Source: Azolla caroliniana
Taxonomy: Eukaryota > Plantae > Polypodiophyta
Direction: 5' to 3'
Length of the DNA stretch: 64,000 nucleotides
Assembly: GCA_043228905.1 (NCBI GenBank)
Contig: JBHGNT010000013.1
Location: 14,942,001-15,006,000 of the forward strand
A program made the translations under genes and the position numbers. Shown piece after piece: positions 62,041 through 64,000 of this stretch; position 1 is the stretch's first letter; every line of letters begins with the position of its first letter. The notes below the pieces were generated by a model. That model did no database searches. It worked only from the letters and a program-made list of their open reading frames with translations, and was not told the origin of the DNA.

Positions 62041-64000
62041 TTACATAGCAATCAATTCATCAACGTCATTTTCTTCATCATCTTGTGTAGAACTCTCTTC
62101 GACTATACGTGCATTGGTTTCCCCTGTTAGCCGAGCCAACGAAATATCTTCTATAAGCTCATCATCAAGCTCTATTAGCTCCCTCGGTTCGCCGGCTAAC
62201 GGAGGAATAGGCTCTCGCAAAGCAGGTTGAAACCTTTCTATATTAGCGAGGTTCTTTGCACCGACCTCCTCATCCTAGTCTGGGCACTCCCACAAAGCCT
62301 TAATCCGCATATTAATAAATATAACTTGGTCCTCGTCCTTCTCCAATGCAACTATATTTCTAAAAAGCTTCAATGCACATGCAGACGTTGTTCCTGTGAT
62401 GTAAGTAACAAGAAGATTTAGTTGTCAAACGAAAAAAAAAGGGATTGGTTATCTCAAGATCGTTACCCTAGTTCGAGGAATACCTATGCCAGAAAAGAGA
62501 TCTAATATCCAGTCTCCTTTGACAGAAAACATCTCGATCAAGCGCATCATAAGTCGTTGAGGTTTTTGGTATGGGTTGACAAGTCCCCGTTCTGTCGTGG
62601 TGACATGTCGCAATTTCCGTGTCACTGTTGGATATACCAACAGATTTGAACCTCCCACTTCATTAGAACGCTCCTTGATTCTCTGTTTCTTAATTTCATC
62701 GAAGTAGCCAACTGTTATGTATTCTATGGCATTAACGAACCGAAAAGTTGGCCCTCTATTTACATTGGTCTTGATCCTATAAAAAATAATACATCGAGTT
62801 AAGAATAGATTGAACAACCTTAAGAAATGCAATATAGTGAAAGACACCTATAAATTATCCTTACCATGCAAGGTTCTCGATGCCATGGCAACGAGATCTC
62901 AAAGCTTGAGCTACCGAGTACCCTTGGTCCATACTATGAAAGACAACTATTCGCCACAAGGATGCAGTCGTTAGCTCAGCGAAATCCTTGACCATCTTCT
63001 CCAATTGTTTAAACCTAAACGGTTCATCGTCGTATGATGACCCAGCCATTCGAAATCCGTAAGGAATATCCGCAATCATTAGCGTATATTCCTTCTTTGG
63101 CACCTTTTGGATCAAGTCGACGACATCACCGCAAACCACATTATAGTAAAGATCTCTCGTAATATCTTTTGTGTGGCTAAATTTTTTAAAGGAGCCATCT
63201 TCCTCCATTTCGTACGCCTTGACTAAGCGACGATCCTTTTCTTTTCTAGCTCGCTCGAGATGTGCAAGGAAGGATGTAGGGAAATCGTGTATATCCTTAA
63301 CTTCTCCTTGTTTCTTGCCTCGACACGGTTTCTAATAGAAGCAATAGGACATCAGGTATTATTATACAAGCTCTACATATGATGAAAGGGTAATGAAAAA
63401 CCATCAATACTAACCCAATCCTTGAATGCAATAAAATACTCTGATAACGCCTTATATGAAGACGTTAGAGGATAATCCTCGGTCACTTGTTCCCAAGTTA
63501 TACATCCAAGTTGTTTCATCATAACTTCTTGGATCTTCATATACACCTTATGACTGTAAAATTAGAAATCAAGATTAGAACTTTGAATTACACTAGATAG
63601 ACTACAATTTCAGTATTTGAAAGACTTACTTATTGAACTCAGTGACCATTTCTTCAAGGCTTAAATCTTTCGCCACAACCCTTGACAAAACAGACACAAG
63701 AAGCTGCTCATCCTTAATACCTTGCATCGTTCTCCACAGAGACAGCTTCATGTCGTCTGCCACTTCTTCAATTGTCAAGTCAATTTTCTTGGCGGCTTGT
63801 GACTTTAACTCTAGTTGAGGGTCAACCTTACATTTCTTTTGTCGTTGACCCTTTACCTCCTTATTCTCCCACATTGAGAAGATTTGATCTTGTAGGTCCC
63901 ATACTTCTCCATCTCTAAACGCCAATTGAAACCAAGACTCATACTTTCGAAGACCATCGGACTTAACATTATCATCTACCACAATGCCGACTTCATGCAG
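62041..64000 (-). CDS. Multi-exon gene with C-terminal beta-class N4-C/N6-A DNA methyltransferase domain; 5' part lies beyond the window; in-frame TAG at 62277-62275 after the domain
   Basis: GT-AG exons >64000-63630, 63553-63415, 63331-62865, 62776-62484 and 62393-62275(62041) splice in frame. Motifs in beta order: CGDVVDLI...LMIADIPYG; WIKTN...FVNAIEYI; PYQKPQRLMMRLIEMFSVKGDWILDLFSGIGTTSACALKLFRNIVALEKD...RI. Confidence 0.85.

Noticed and set aside
62041-64000. Bacterial contamination explaining the methyltransferase
   Set aside because: The gene has four spliceosomal-type introns in the window and is contiguous with a TSD-flanked plant retroelement.

Overview
Eukaryotic (land-plant) genomic DNA, most plausibly a seed-free plant such as a fern. 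That assignment is inferred from the retroelement types and not proven. The first ~9.3 kb holds two convergent spliced genes: an At2g33490-like BAR-domain/Pro-rich protein on + and TITAN-LIKE (CCDC84/CENATAC family) on -. From ~10 kb to ~62 kb is a nested transposon stack, much of it resolvable by matching target-site duplications (TSDs). It includes several Ty1/copia and Ty3/gypsy elements, two solo LTRs, two hAT-type MITEs, a LINE remnant, a Penelope-like RT fragment, and two copies (one decayed, one intact) of a chromodomain Ty3/gypsy element. That element shows a Tf1-like self-priming site instead of a tRNA PBS and a candidate -1 frameshift signal. The last ~2 kb encodes, on -, a multi-exon gene whose C-terminal half is a complete bacterial-type beta-class N4-cytosine/N6-adenine DNA methyltransferase. 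It may be cargo of a large DNA transposon whose end lies near 55309. This is the most notable signal in the window. All calls come from reading the sequence by eye; no database search was run.
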